From the IMG/VR virus record IMGVR_UViG_3300049491_000383, positions 72,080 through 136,079 of that record: a DNA stretch of 64,000 bases; one strand, 5' to 3'. Each line of letters starts with the position of its first letter. The stretch's first letter is position 1. The stretch is from a virus. The translations under genes were made by a program, and so were the position numbers. The notes beneath the pieces are model-generated. The model ran no database searches and was not told the DNA's origin. It worked only from the letters and a program-made list of their open reading frames with translations. Shown here piece by piece: positions 27,375 through 37,222 of this stretch.

Positions 27375-27743
27375 CTACTCGATAAGAAAACAAAGTCCGT
27401 TTTGGAAAACTAATTCCTTTGCCTTATCTATCCGTTTTCCATCACACACAAAATATGCAGCGGAATAAGGATTATAACTTACACAACCCTCTCTGTCAAG
27501 TAGTCTACTATTCAGAATAGGATATTTTTTAACAGTATATTTATCCGCTACGACGAAAGCATGCACGTTCTTCTGATGCTCTTTAAGAACTTTCTGCCTA
27601 CCCTTTTCATTGACCTTGAATTCTACATCCTCAGCGGTAAATGTAAAAGGTCTGTCAATTACCCTCCCATTATAACGTACAGAAAATCCCTTTGTTCTAA
27701 GGTTTCTATAAATGTAGTATCGCGCTTTCATTCTATCTCGCAA
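27375..27743 (-). CDS. conserved phage hypothetical protein
   Basis: YRNL...FSV...F.VNE.GRQ.V....KNVHAFV...YNPY. Confidence 0.6.
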   Translation of the reverse strand: MRDRMKARYYIYRNLRTKGFSVRYNGRVIDRPFTFTAEDVEFKVNEKGRQKVLKEHQKNVHAFVVADKYTVKKYPILNSRLLDREGCVSYNPYSAAYFVCDGKRIDKAKELVFQNGLCFLIE

Positions 27744-28132
27744 TGCATTGATACGGTTGTCAATCCTACACCGTTTGCAAGAACACCATTTTGTAATAGG
27801 TATTCTTTCTGCACACCGTAAGCTTCTCTCTCAAGTTCAATGATGTGCTGGCAGGTACGATGTGGCTTACCATTCTTTTCTTGCAGATAATGCACATCTT
27901 CATGAACCACAATAGACGCAGCAATCTGGTTACCTTCCACATCAAGTTTATCCCAAATATAAACAGTGTCGCCACCACGGAACCAACCTACAACTTTGCA
28001 GTTCGGGCTACCGCCACATGCTTCTTTGACAAAGAATTCTTTAGGCTTGAACTCTACCTTTGGTGGTTCGGCATTTGGGTAGCCACTTAAAGTGACTGCC
28101 CAAGAAAACAAAATTGAATAAAGCTCAGTCAC
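27728..28132 (-). CDS. HExxH-motif hypothetical protein
   Basis: VHEDVHYLQ...E.EAY..Q. Confidence 0.55.
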   Translation of the reverse strand: MTELYSILFSWAVTLSGYPNAEPPKVEFKPKEFFVKEACGGSPNCKVVGWFRGGDTVYIWDKLDVEGNQIAASIVVHEDVHYLQEKNGKPHRTCQHIIELEREAYGVQKEYLLQNGVLANGVGLTTVSMHCEIE

Positions 28133-28886
28133 GTTCGCCGGTTGCCAAATTAATGTGTTCTTCTTTCATCAGTACAACCCAATCATGCCCTGGTTCCCAG
28201 CCATCCATACGAATGCACTTTTGCAATGGTAGTGACGGTAGTTCCCAATAACCAAACTTTTCTGTGATGGTTAGAATCTTCTCTGGAATCTTGGATAGGT
28301 CAACGTAACGAAGCTTCCACGACGTATCATCTCCCCAAACGCATCCGCACAAGAATCCAAAATTGCAATACTGAAGACTAACAAAATCATCGCTTTCGAT
28401 TTCTGATTTGAATTCTTCTGGTTCCGAGTCACAATCTACATAGTAGGAATCATATGTATCATCCTTACCCTGTATATTCATTGTGTGCTTAGAATGCACA
28501 TACTGTGGAATATAGATTTCTGTCGGGCAAAATCCGTGAGCAGATTCATTCTCTCCGCACCAATCCTCGATTCGATCATCGTGCAATTTCATCACACGGG
28601 TGGCTGTATAGCTGGCACTGTAGAGTGCATACCATTCATTGTTTACTTGAAACGGATAGAAGGTCTGTGATCCGAAACTTGAATAGTTCCGAAGATACTC
28701 TCCTGTGAGTTTGTCATCTCTAAAGATTGAAACTTTAGTGGAGTTCCATGTCCCTGGTCTATTTTGTACTTGTGACAAAACAACCGAAAATGGAGTATGT
28801 GCGTATTTTTTGATTATATCGAGTTGCATATTAAAAATTAGGTGAGTGTTTTGCTGACCGGTCACTAAGTTACCTGCATGGCTCAA
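28125..28886 (-). CDS. hypothetical protein (start may be downstream)
   Basis: 253-aa ORF with GCVWGDDTSWK. Confidence 0.55.
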   Translation of the reverse strand: MSHAGNLVTGQQNTHLIFNMQLDIIKKYAHTPFSVVLSQVQNRPGTWNSTKVSIFRDDKLTGEYLRNYSSFGSQTFYPFQVNNEWYALYSASYTATRVMKLHDDRIEDWCGENESAHGFCPTEIYIPQYVHSKHTMNIQGKDDTYDSYYVDCDSEPEEFKSEIESDDFVSLQYCNFGFLCGCVWGDDTSWKLRYVDLSKIPEKILTITEKFGYWELPSLPLQKCIRMDGWEPGHDWVVLMKEEHINLATGERD

Positions 28887-29109
28887 ACGGTTTTCAACAA
28901 GATAAATTAATATCCAGCTACTTTGCCAGACCTTGCCGCGCTTTCATCCTATAGTGAATGTCCTATAGTTCTTTTGCCCATTTTCCCAACACCCGGGAGG
29001 AGACCTATTAAGAAAAGATTATAGGCTGGAGATCACTTTATCATTATGGTCCAACATAATCACCGGCAAGTCTCTTTCTTGGCTGCCCTTTACCCAATAA
29101 CAGTGTATG

Positions 29110-29733
29110 CTATTTACGACCAAAGCGCAATGACAAACCAAGTTTCTGGCCTTTGAACTTACTTGTACAATGTACCAATCTGTTGTCAAAAACAATCATG
29201 CTTGTAGGCTGAAATAGAAATGCTTCTCCACTCAACCCAAAATAACAATCAATAGGGTAGTGAGATAGATATTTCTTATGGAATTTCTTATCAATTGGTT
29301 TGTATGTGTGGTTTACAAGTTGCCAATGATCGCATGGTCGTCCAGGAACGCCAGTGTTTACTTCAAAATGGATAATATCGTGTGTTAGGCACCAAGTAAC
29401 TGAATCTACATACCAGGCTTGGTCAAACACCACAAGACTTGCTTGTTGTCCGCTGTATTCTAACGGAATTACTACATTGATTTCATTGCCCTGGCTAACT
29501 CTGTAATCAGTATGCGGAAGATAGGGTTGCGTGTGTTTGTAGAAATTTCCACTCTTAAATTCGAGATCAGTACCTAATGCTTTTTCACAATAAGGTAGAA
29601 CTAAAGACAACGAAAGGCCGGGGTCGGCCTTATTCATTGTTGATGTTTGATAATCACTACGAGAATTGTAATCTTTAATAACTTCGTCGATTACAATTTG
29701 TGGAATTATGTTTTGATGATATTCTCGTAGCAT
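29110..29733 (-). CDS. 2OG-Fe(II) oxygenase-like protein
   Basis: HTD...FD...HCTS...K.GLS. Confidence 0.6.
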   Translation of the reverse strand: MLREYHQNIIPQIVIDEVIKDYNSRSDYQTSTMNKADPGLSLSLVLPYCEKALGTDLEFKSGNFYKHTQPYLPHTDYRVSQGNEINVVIPLEYSGQQASLVVFDQAWYVDSVTWCLTHDIIHFEVNTGVPGRPCDHWQLVNHTYKPIDKKFHKKYLSHYPIDCYFGLSGEAFLFQPTSMIVFDNRLVHCTSKFKGQKLGLSLRFGRK

Positions 29734-29964
29734 AGGAATTAGTGCTATGGATGGTTAATCCTTTTCACTATTCATTTTACACGATCCCAAATCGTGACCT
29801 ACTGACTGGCTCGAGCGTCCGAGGCACTAGAATAGCAACAGCCTAACACGAGGCTGGCATGAATACTCCATGCTGTAGTTTTTGCCCCGTAAATCCGGCA
29901 ACCCGATACCAGTTAGACTCCGGCGGAGTATTGAGGGACCTTTACGGTCAACCATCCTCAAGAT

Positions 29965-30042
29965 TGGTCGGAGTACAAGGATTCGAACCTTGGACCCTCT
30001 GCTCCCAAAGCAGATGCGCTAACCAGGCTGCGCTACACTCCG
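29965..30042 (-). tRNA. tRNA-Pro(TGG)
   Basis: Canonical, loop TT-TGG-GA. Confidence 0.95.
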
Positions 30043-30236
30043 AATAAGGTATTTATGTTTCGCCGCGGTGTTTTCGAAGTACCAAAGCTAACGTTTCAAC
30101 TCACGTATCAATAGTGTTTTAAGATGCCATGATAAGGACACTCAAGATGTATAGACCTACGCCTATTACCGAGATTTAAGAGTGCTGCAATGTTACTCTG
30201 ACAGAAATTTTAACGTCCCCTGCCTGACGCGAAATC

Positions 30237-30312
30237 TGGTGGGCGATGAGAGATTCGAACTCCCGACCCGCTCCATGTAAAAGAGCTATTCTAACCGCTG
30301 AAATAATCGCCC
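30237..30312 (-). tRNA. tRNA-Val(TAC)
   Basis: Loop TT-TAC-AT. Confidence 0.9.
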
Positions 30313-30335
30313 AAATCTCTTAACTTACTTCTATT

Positions 30336-30596
30336 TTAACTTCTAAGTATCAGGACTGTCAAGTCTGGATCATCTAATGTTCCGGTCAATAAACGAACAG
30401 AACAGACAGTCTCCCTTCTTTCTTGTATTTCCCAGGTGCAATTTTTCCATAAAAATTCACCAACCGATTCATCAACAAATGTAGAACACTCTCCCCAAAC
30501 AACTCTATCCTCTACTACAGCGTCTGCTATAGCTGGTAGAATTTTTTGGTTAAATCCGTAACACTTAATGAATCTTAAATCTTGTGGCCAGGACAT
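30336..30596 (-). CDS. hypothetical protein
   Basis: 86-aa ORF. Confidence 0.4.
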   Translation of the reverse strand: MSWPQDLRFIKCYGFNQKILPAIADAVVEDRVVWGECSTFVDESVGEFLWKNCTWEIQERRETVCSVRLLTGTLDDPDLTVLILRS

Positions 30597-30898
30597 ATTA
30601 TGAATGTTGTAGTGTCGAAATCTTCAGAATGTGTGGGCTCATCGACTAAGCTAAGGGACTTGCACCCTATCCGATATACTATTTCTAGTAGTGACCATTG
30701 CTTCTGCTAGACATTTTCTACAACGAAATTTTTACTCAATAGCCGAAAGTTGATCAAGGGTGATCTTGTATCCGTTATACACAAAATAGGGGCCTGTATC
30801 ATCCACTCTGTGAGCGTCAACCTTCTCTGCTTCCGTCAATTTCTTAAATTCTTTTACGTCTTCTAACGATGCTTGTTCCATTTTTTTATCCTTATATC

Positions 30899-30951
30899 AG
30901 AATGCTTATTTTCAAATTACAAGTTTGATTTTTAGTTGCTGAACGCATTCT
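30899..30951 (-). ncRNA. CAGCAA-helix RNA with Thr(UGU) anticodon stem-loop mimic (member D)
   Basis: AGAATGC-GTTCAGCAAC...TCAAA-CTTGTAA-TTTGA...GCATTCT. Confidence 0.75.
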
Positions 30952-31255
30952 TCAAGACTTCGTAACTGCGTCGTCTGTATTTATCACATTTCTACGGTTA
31001 AATTAGAATGACTTAAACCGCTTTTTCACCAATTCTACAATGTACAAGGACTCTTAGAAATTCCAGATGTGCGCCGGATATTCGCCTGCACTCAATGGGC
31101 CAATTATTCCCACATACCAACCGCCAACTTATTACACAATTTAGATCAGCGCGATGGGCACTTCGATATAATCACCTCGGTCGATAACCGATACTAATTA
31201 GGGTGAAAGATTTATATCAAAACGTTTTGGTATCGGTCGGGCCGTACCGGTCACT

Positions 31256-31564
31256 CTAAACCTTTCTATCTATCCATTCTTCCCACTCTTTACAACCGGT
31301 GGGTGGACCATCAATTAAATCATCATCAAATGGGCCTTGATTTTCTGCTAACGCAATCGGCCCAAATGGAGGATCCTCAATGAACTCGACGTTACCATCG
31401 AAATCATCATCAAATTCAAAACCTGTTTCACCTACGTGATTCTTACCAACCCAATCCGACATTATAATAATCGGACCTGCAACTACCAGAAGGTAAACAG
31501 ACATCAATGCTGCACCAATGGGTGTAATACCACTGGATCTTAACATCCTGTAGTCATCGAACAT
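31256..31564 (-). CDS. hypothetical membrane protein with acidic tail
   Basis: 102-aa ORF with one TM segment. Confidence 0.45.
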   Translation of the reverse strand: MFDDYRMLRSSGITPIGAALMSVYLLVVAGPIIIMSDWVGKNHVGETGFEFDDDFDGNVEFIEDPPFGPIALAENQGPFDDDLIDGPPTGCKEWEEWIDRKV

Positions 31565-31830
31565 TAAAGCTTTACCTTGGTGTCGTGAACAATCAGTTCA
31601 ATCTTTTCACGGATGACAGGGACTTCAAAATTCTCAAACATTGCAACGGTCGAACGAAGTCTTTCCCACATGTCCTTATAGTCTTTAGAGTGCGATGTGA
31701 GGTAGAAAAAGTTCTTATCACCGAGCACTGGATCGCGAGCAATCTCGGATGTCTTCCAATGACAAAGTTTTGCAATGTTGGTGGCTGTTGCTGCGTCGTC
31801 TGTGGATACAGTAATGTGGCATTCAAACAT
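31564..31830 (-). CDS. hypothetical protein
   Basis: FECHITV...REKIE. Confidence 0.5.
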   Translation of the reverse strand: MFECHITVSTDDAATATNIAKLCHWKTSEIARDPVLGDKNFFYLTSHSKDYKDMWERLRSTVAMFENFEVPVIREKIELIVHDTKVKL

Positions 31831-32020
31831 TTTAGTCTTTCAGGTAGATTGTGGATTCATCTCTTGCAGTCTTAACAAGAAGTTCTCTCAGCACAGCAAG
31901 GTGACCAGAATCGCGAGTGTACTTCAATTCTTCTCTTTCAAATTTTTGACGTGTCTGGATGGCCTCGTACAACATCATTTGAAACGTGCTTCTATAGACT
32001 TCCATATGTTTCTTTCTGTG

Positions 32021-32104
32021 TGGTGCCCAAGGTGAGATTCGAACTCACAATCCTCGCGGCGCTGGCTTCTAAGACCAGAGTGTATCCCGTTCCACCACTT
32101 GGGC
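32021..32104 (-). tRNA. tRNA-Leu(TAG)
   Basis: Type II cloverleaf, loop CT-TAG-AA. Confidence 0.92.
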
Positions 32105-32514
32105 AATATTATGTCAAATCCCGAACTGAAACTTCTGTATCTGCCGTGACAAGTTCAATAGTGGGTTCAACCACATAGAACTGCCCATGTCCGTCCCGCC
32201 TGATATTTCCCATAATCTGCTGCGTAAGTACATCAACAGTTTCGGAAGCTCTCAAAGGAGCGGTTGCAGTTGTCAAGTTGTTCATTATAGATTCTATTCC
32301 TTATTTATGCAAGTTCACCAGCCGTGCTTGCGTTCTTCCTCTTCTTCCATTTCTGAAAGCATTTTTCGCCAGTTGTACCTGTTTCTTTCGTCACATTCTA
32401 CATCACCGCAAAGGGCAACGCTTGTATCGCCAAACCAAAATGCTGCTGGCTTTTTTCTGCACATGTCGCAAAGACCCTTCGGACCTGACCAACCTTTTGT
32501 TTGAATTGTTTCAC

Positions 32515-32709
32515 TCATAGTCCAGACCTTTCTACTTCAGAACGAATTTTTTCTGTTAGATTCGTAATGATAATAGCACCTTCTCTAATCTCAAACTCAA
32601 GTTCATCGCCTTCTATCCAACCATTCTTTTCAATGAGTTCTGGAGGAAATGGGAGAATCAATTCACCGTGCTCATCTTCCTCGATTGTCACTTCCCAAGA
32701 ATTGTTCAT
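32515..32709 (-). CDS. AbrB/MazE-like small DNA-binding protein
   Basis: G.LILPFP.EL....GW.EGD.LEF. Confidence 0.6.
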   Translation of the reverse strand: MNNSWEVTIEEDEHGELILPFPPELIEKNGWIEGDELEFEIREGAIIITNLTEKIRSEVERSGL

Positions 32710-33053
32710 TTTAGACCTGCTAGTTTTTCTATGTATGCTTTCGAAACCATTGGAGATATTCCCGACATTGCCATTGCCGAAGTAACATTCATCTCGGCTT
32801 GTTCGCCGCGACCCTGTTTCTCTTGATTTCTTAACTTCTCGACTACCAAGTCGGATTCATCGTATTCAAGTACAACTGTACCGGCAGGATTCTTTGAGTT
32901 TCGTTCTGTAGCATCCCTGACGAAGGTTAAGGCTTCGTGATACCTCTTGCACTTGGTTACTTTTCGCCAAATGGAAAAGAAAGATTTTTCATTCTTCCTC
33001 TGAATCTTATATGGAAGCAAATCATTATTGGTAGCAACAATTCTGTATTTCAT
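32706..33053 (-). CDS. hypothetical protein
   Basis: 115-aa ORF. Confidence 0.45.
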   Translation of the reverse strand: MKYRIVATNNDLLPYKIQRKNEKSFFSIWRKVTKCKRYHEALTFVRDATERNSKNPAGTVVLEYDESDLVVEKLRNQEKQGRGEQAEMNVTSAMAMSGISPMVSKAYIEKLAGLK

Positions 33054-33445
33054 CGCTCTAATATCCTGCGTGGCTTATTTGTTTTTCTAGAATAACGAAT
33101 AGTGGCCCACGTACCACTTCTTAATACTTCATTATCTGTTTTTGGAGAACCAATAAGAAAATCAGTCTCATCAACTATTTTATGATCACGGGCCAAATAG
33201 GGCAAGGGATCGCGATATTCATCACATTTCTTGAATGCTCTTTTCCCGTCTGATTGCGGGAGGTGACCTACAATCTTCACTTCAGGGAAGAATAGCCTGA
33301 CAATGTCGTGCGCATCGGCGTCTGCACCAATACAATCTCCGTGGTGAAATTCAGTCACACCAAGTTCTTCCAACTTTAGAACAAACTGTTCTTTCTGGTG
33401 TTGGCTCATTCCTGCTTGTGTACCTGTAAATCCTACCTTAGACAT
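33050..33445 (-). CDS. SLOG/DprA-like nucleotide-binding protein
   Basis: VGFTG, HGDCIGAD, RD..IVD, SGTWATIRY. Confidence 0.7.
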   Translation of the reverse strand: MSKVGFTGTQAGMSQHQKEQFVLKLEELGVTEFHHGDCIGADADAHDIVRLFFPEVKIVGHLPQSDGKRAFKKCDEYRDPLPYLARDHKIVDETDFLIGSPKTDNEVLRSGTWATIRYSRKTNKPRRILER

Positions 33446-33622
33446 ATCCGTGTATGCCTGCCAATTTCATTACTAAATAATCACCTTCTTCAAACTGACC
33501 AGCACCTTCACAATATTTGCACTCAACGTGAACTTCCGAGTATCCCCACGGGCGTTGATGTGCTTCCATTTGTTCACCGGATCCATCGCAGTCCGGACAT
33601 ACAACGTATTTGAGTTCTTCAG

Positions 33623-33877
33623 TCATCCGAATGTTATTTTGAATGCTGTGGCATCGTCTTCATTCCTGAAGGCATATTGAAGATACGTGAAATTATCTTT
33701 ACCCTTTCGGTATTGATAATTACCATCACCGGCGCGAGTCTTTAGCCAATAACGAACGCCAGGATTCCAGTCCTGGCGTTTCATCTTTACCTTGTACGGA
33801 AATTCAGACAAGGTCACGAAGTTCCAAATACATCTTGTGGTACTTTTCGATTCGCTTGACGTCTTTTTCGGTAACAC
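33623..33877 (-). CDS. hypothetical protein
   Basis: YAFRNEDDATAFKITFG, a C-terminal motif common in jumbo-phage proteins. Confidence 0.4.
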   Translation of the reverse strand: MLPKKTSSESKSTTRCIWNFVTLSEFPYKVKMKRQDWNPGVRYWLKTRAGDGNYQYRKGKDNFTYLQYAFRNEDDATAFKITFG

Positions 33878-34241
33878 CCTTCAAACGACGAATATCACTA
33901 TTATGACGCAAATCGGCAAGCTTCACACGGATAGCATCCGGATTGGCCTTAATCTTTGCCAAGTATTCGTCATTGGTTTCTCCGGGCACTTTTGTCATTG
34001 AGCGAATGCCTTCAATGACACGCTCGGAAAATCCCATCTCACGAAGCAGAGCATACGTAATGTTCTTGCGATCTTCAATCAGGTCATGACCTACAGCAAT
34101 TTGCTGAAGCTCGTCATCATCCGACTTCAGATAATGCATAACCTTCAGACAATGAAGCACGTAAGGAACACCACCCTTGTCATAGATGCCATCGAATTCG
34201 GTTGTAACCAAAACGATCATTTTGTTCAGGTTATGCTTCAT
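33804..34241 (-). CDS. RelA/SpoT-type HD hydrolase (small alarmone hydrolase-like)
   Basis: G.PY..H, HDLIED, VKLADLRHN. Confidence 0.8.
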   Translation of the reverse strand: MKHNLNKMIVLVTTEFDGIYDKGGVPYVLHCLKVMHYLKSDDDELQQIAVGHDLIEDRKNITYALLREMGFSERVIEGIRSMTKVPGETNDEYLAKIKANPDAIRVKLADLRHNSDIRRLKGVTEKDVKRIEKYHKMYLELRDLV

Positions 34242-34264
34242 AGAGTTCTCCTAGTGCTTACAGT

Positions 34265-34744
34265 TTAGCACTCAGAGTTCAATGTGTCAACAAGAACTTG
34301 GAAGGTGTATCTATCCGAGAAGAAACTAGGTGGCTTGATTTCGCCGTAATGTCGATACCAATCCGGACGTTGATTTAATCGTTCGATAATCCGATTAACA
34401 TTTACCTTGATTTCATCGGGCGTGGGAAACCAATCATTACCAATATGTTCATCCGGCATCTCATGTAAGAAGGCTTCGAACGCATTGAAATCTGATATGT
34501 TGAAGTTTCTCTTCTTTAATTCTCGAGTAAGATTTTGATGGCGAATATACAACCAGCCCATCTTATTGTAGAAGAATTTGACATGCCCGGTTGAAAGTGT
34601 GTACTTTGCAGGTATGTCAGCCATTGAAACTGCTTTGGCTAGATTCTTTCTAACCTTTGCCGGAATCATCTTGAGCTCGCGCCATTCGGCAAATAAATGC
34701 TGATCGGCTAAATCTTCGGGCGGAACTAAATTTACTCTTGTCAT
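34265..34744 (-). CDS. denV: pyrimidine-dimer DNA glycosylase / endonuclease V
   Basis: MTRVNLV...L.DQHL.AEWRE, GHVKFFYNK, RP.WYRH. Confidence 0.95.
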   Translation of the reverse strand: MTRVNLVPPEDLADQHLFAEWRELKMIPAKVRKNLAKAVSMADIPAKYTLSTGHVKFFYNKMGWLYIRHQNLTRELKKRNFNISDFNAFEAFLHEMPDEHIGNDWFPTPDEIKVNVNRIIERLNQRPDWYRHYGEIKPPSFFSDRYTFQVLVDTLNSEC

Positions 34745-34814
34745 ATGTTGGAACGAGGACTCGAACCTCGACTATTATAAAATAGGGACCGTGCTACCTT
34801 TACACTATTCCAAA
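34745..34814 (-). pseudogene. degenerate tRNA-like element without CCA
   Basis: D-arm and T-arm (CGAGG-TTCGAGT-CCTCG) intact, irregular anticodon arm. Confidence 0.5.
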
Positions 34815-34902
34815 CTAAAAAGTTACTGCGTAGAGACTCGAACTCTATATACCATCCTTACATGCACGAGTGCAGTGGAGGAGCATCCAAGGCAGTAATA
34901 AT

Positions 34903-34978
34903 TGGCGCGTTGTCGGGGGATCGAACCCCGTCACCTTCAGATTTAGAATCCGCCGCTCTCCCACTGAGCTAACAACGC
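34903..34978 (-). tRNA. amber suppressor tRNA (anticodon CTA)
   Basis: Full cloverleaf, anticodon arm GCGGA-TT-CTA-AA-TCTGA, G73, CCA. Confidence 0.85.
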
Positions 34979-35011
34979 ATGAGCCCATTTTACAGGCTCT
35001 TTCTCTTACTG

Positions 35012-35338
35012 TCAATAGGTGTGGCGATACAAATCCCATTTACGGAAAAATGCTCGTTCACGATCATTTATAACAGGTCGGGTACAGATTGCACTGTAAC
35101 CCATACCATTATCGGGTTCATAGAACATATAATGGTCGATTCCAGCACAATCAATCTTTCGTGAAATCATCTTCAAATCATCCTCATCTCTTGCGGAGAG
35201 AAGGATGAGACTTGAGACATCTTTATACTCCGAATGCGGAAGCATTTTGCCTGCTTCATGACAGGCATGTCCAAGTTGCACAATCTTCTGTTCAGGAGAA
35301 AGATCTTCCCGAATAAAAGTGTAGATGTATGAATTCAT
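35012..35338 (-). CDS. Pth2-like protein (PTRHD1-type)
   Basis: Y.FIR.DL...VQ..HA...FYEPD....SAI. Confidence 0.7.
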   Translation of the reverse strand: MNSYIYTFIREDLSPEQKIVQLGHACHEAGKMLPHSEYKDVSSLILLSARDEDDLKMISRKIDCAGIDHYMFYEPDNGMGYSAICTRPVINDRERAFFRKWDLYRHTY

Positions 35339-35724
35339 TTGATTCCCGCATTCTTTGTTGTCTTTGCTGCTTCGAGCAACTGCTTCATTTCGTCTTCATC
35401 CAACCACTTTGCAAAGTTAGAATACTTAATAGAATTCAATGCCGTCTCCAGTGCTCCGTAAGGGTATGCACCGTTCTCGAGCTTTACTTTGTTTGTGATG
35501 GGCTTGAAGGATCTATGCAGACGCGACTTTGCACCTTCGGGCACCTGTTCCTTACGGAGAGCTCGATAGACGCACAATGCGGCAATATCTTCTTTGGTTA
35601 CTTCGCGGGAGGCAGCAAGTGCTTTCCACTGTGGACGAATGTCCTTGATTGGCTTTGCAGCCTCCGGAGCTTGGGTTGTTGCTTCGGTCTTGGCCTCATC
35701 GGCCTTCTTCAAAAAGTTAAACAT
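35335..35724 (-). CDS. hypothetical protein
   Basis: 129-aa ORF with F.PITN..KL.NG. Confidence 0.55.
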   Translation of the reverse strand: MFNFLKKADEAKTEATTQAPEAAKPIKDIRPQWKALAASREVTKEDIAALCVYRALRKEQVPEGAKSRLHRSFKPITNKVKLENGAYPYGALETALNSIKYSNFAKWLDEDEMKQLLEAAKTTKNAGIK

Positions 35725-36152
35725 GATTTATTCCTTAAAAATTAGTTTGATTAGATAACAAAATTGCAATGCATACGATCAAACGTTTTTAGGAACTATC
35801 TTCAAAAACCTACATCATGGTAGTATTCTCCGTTGGTTAATAGATTACAGTGTAGTAGAACTTTTCGGGTATAAACCGACTGTGCAAGAGGCTTTCACCA
35901 TACACTCCTATACTACAACTGTATTTATGTCTTGAGTAAATTCTCCCGGTTCAAAGACGGGCGGGCAAGCCAGTGCTAATGCACTCCCCTAGCATACTCA
36001 AGACATAAACACAGATTATCACTTTTAATGATAACATAGATCCTATCCGGTATCGCGCTTGCCGGCCTCCTGTTTCCAGGCGAACACTTGTTCTAAAGGA
36101 TATGTGTTTATGAGCCACTACTTTAACAATAGTGGCTCTACCTGTCAACTGG

Positions 36153-37094
36153 TTAGACTATTTCCAAACCAGTACCGCATTCACTGCAAAATTTAGCATT
36201 CGCCTTATTCACGTGTCCGCATGTTGTGCATTTTTGCTTGGCTCTCGCAACCACTGGTGCAACAATATTGATTGCCCCGGCGCGGCCGGCCAAACGAAGA
36301 ATGATAACGTGGGATTGTGCTTCAGACTTGAATCCATAGACTGTGTGGAACTTTTGTTCAACCTTTGAACCTGGTACAGTAATACCGACATCATTGGTAA
36401 CAGTTACTTCTGCAGGTGCAGCAGTTTCTGTTGAGTCAAGTGTTGAGAAACTATCCATTGTTGCAGAGTTGTATGCTGCGTTTGATCCACTTACTGCATT
36501 TGCAGAAAATGTGGCATTCATTGCCTGGGCCATTCCGCCACCATCATCGACGGCACCACGAATATTTGCAGACTTTACCGAAGCTGATCCAAGTTTCACA
36601 TTGGACAGATTACCAGAGGTGCTCGATACAGAACCATAGTACGGACCGTTGAATGGTGGTGACCAGAACGACCTTCTATAGGTTGGATAATACCAATCAT
36701 CGTAATGATGATGAACTGTAGTGGTAACAACTGGTTCTTCTTGTTCGAACCAAAACTCAACACGGACAACGCCGTCATCCATCTTGATACCACGTGGGCC
36801 ATCTTCGATCTTTTGTGTGCGTTCAATGAACTTAAAGGCGTTGCCTTCGTCCATATTTCCGTTGCGGATAAAACGCTTCATTTCAACTTCAGCGTTTGCA
36901 TTCACAATAATATTTTCACCATCAAGGACATCTTGTCCATCGATGTGTAATGTGAACTTTGCTCTACGGGAGTTGAGGTTTTTAACTAGAACGCTGAATT
37001 CACTTCCAAACGGTAAGTGAACTAGGTCTTTTGCTTCTTTGAGAATTTTGCCGTTGGCCTTGATAGCCACGACGAATTTTGAATCGTACATCAT
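36153..37094 (-). CDS. hypothetical protein with C-terminal zinc ribbon
   Basis: LPFGSEF...IDG.DV; C-terminal CTTCG...FCSECG. Confidence 0.65.
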   Translation of the reverse strand: MMYDSKFVVAIKANGKILKEAKDLVHLPFGSEFSVLVKNLNSRRAKFTLHIDGQDVLDGENIIVNANAEVEMKRFIRNGNMDEGNAFKFIERTQKIEDGPRGIKMDDGVVRVEFWFEQEEPVVTTTVHHHYDDWYYPTYRRSFWSPPFNGPYYGSVSSTSGNLSNVKLGSASVKSANIRGAVDDGGGMAQAMNATFSANAVSGSNAAYNSATMDSFSTLDSTETAAPAEVTVTNDVGITVPGSKVEQKFHTVYGFKSEAQSHVIILRLAGRAGAINIVAPVVARAKQKCTTCGHVNKANAKFCSECGTGLEIV

Positions 37095-37200
37095 GTTTTC
37101 CTTTCTTACAGCACACTGAGTAAGTGCTCAATAGTTTAAAACTCAGTTAGGTACCCACTGTGGGCAAAACTATTTATCACCGGCACAAAATTATGCCAAA

Positions 37201-37222
37201 GAAAATGGGGCCGAAGCCCCAT
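37201..37222 (-). terminator. terminator after tmRNA
   Basis: ATGGGGC-TTCG-GCCCCAT followed by TTT. Confidence 0.75.
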
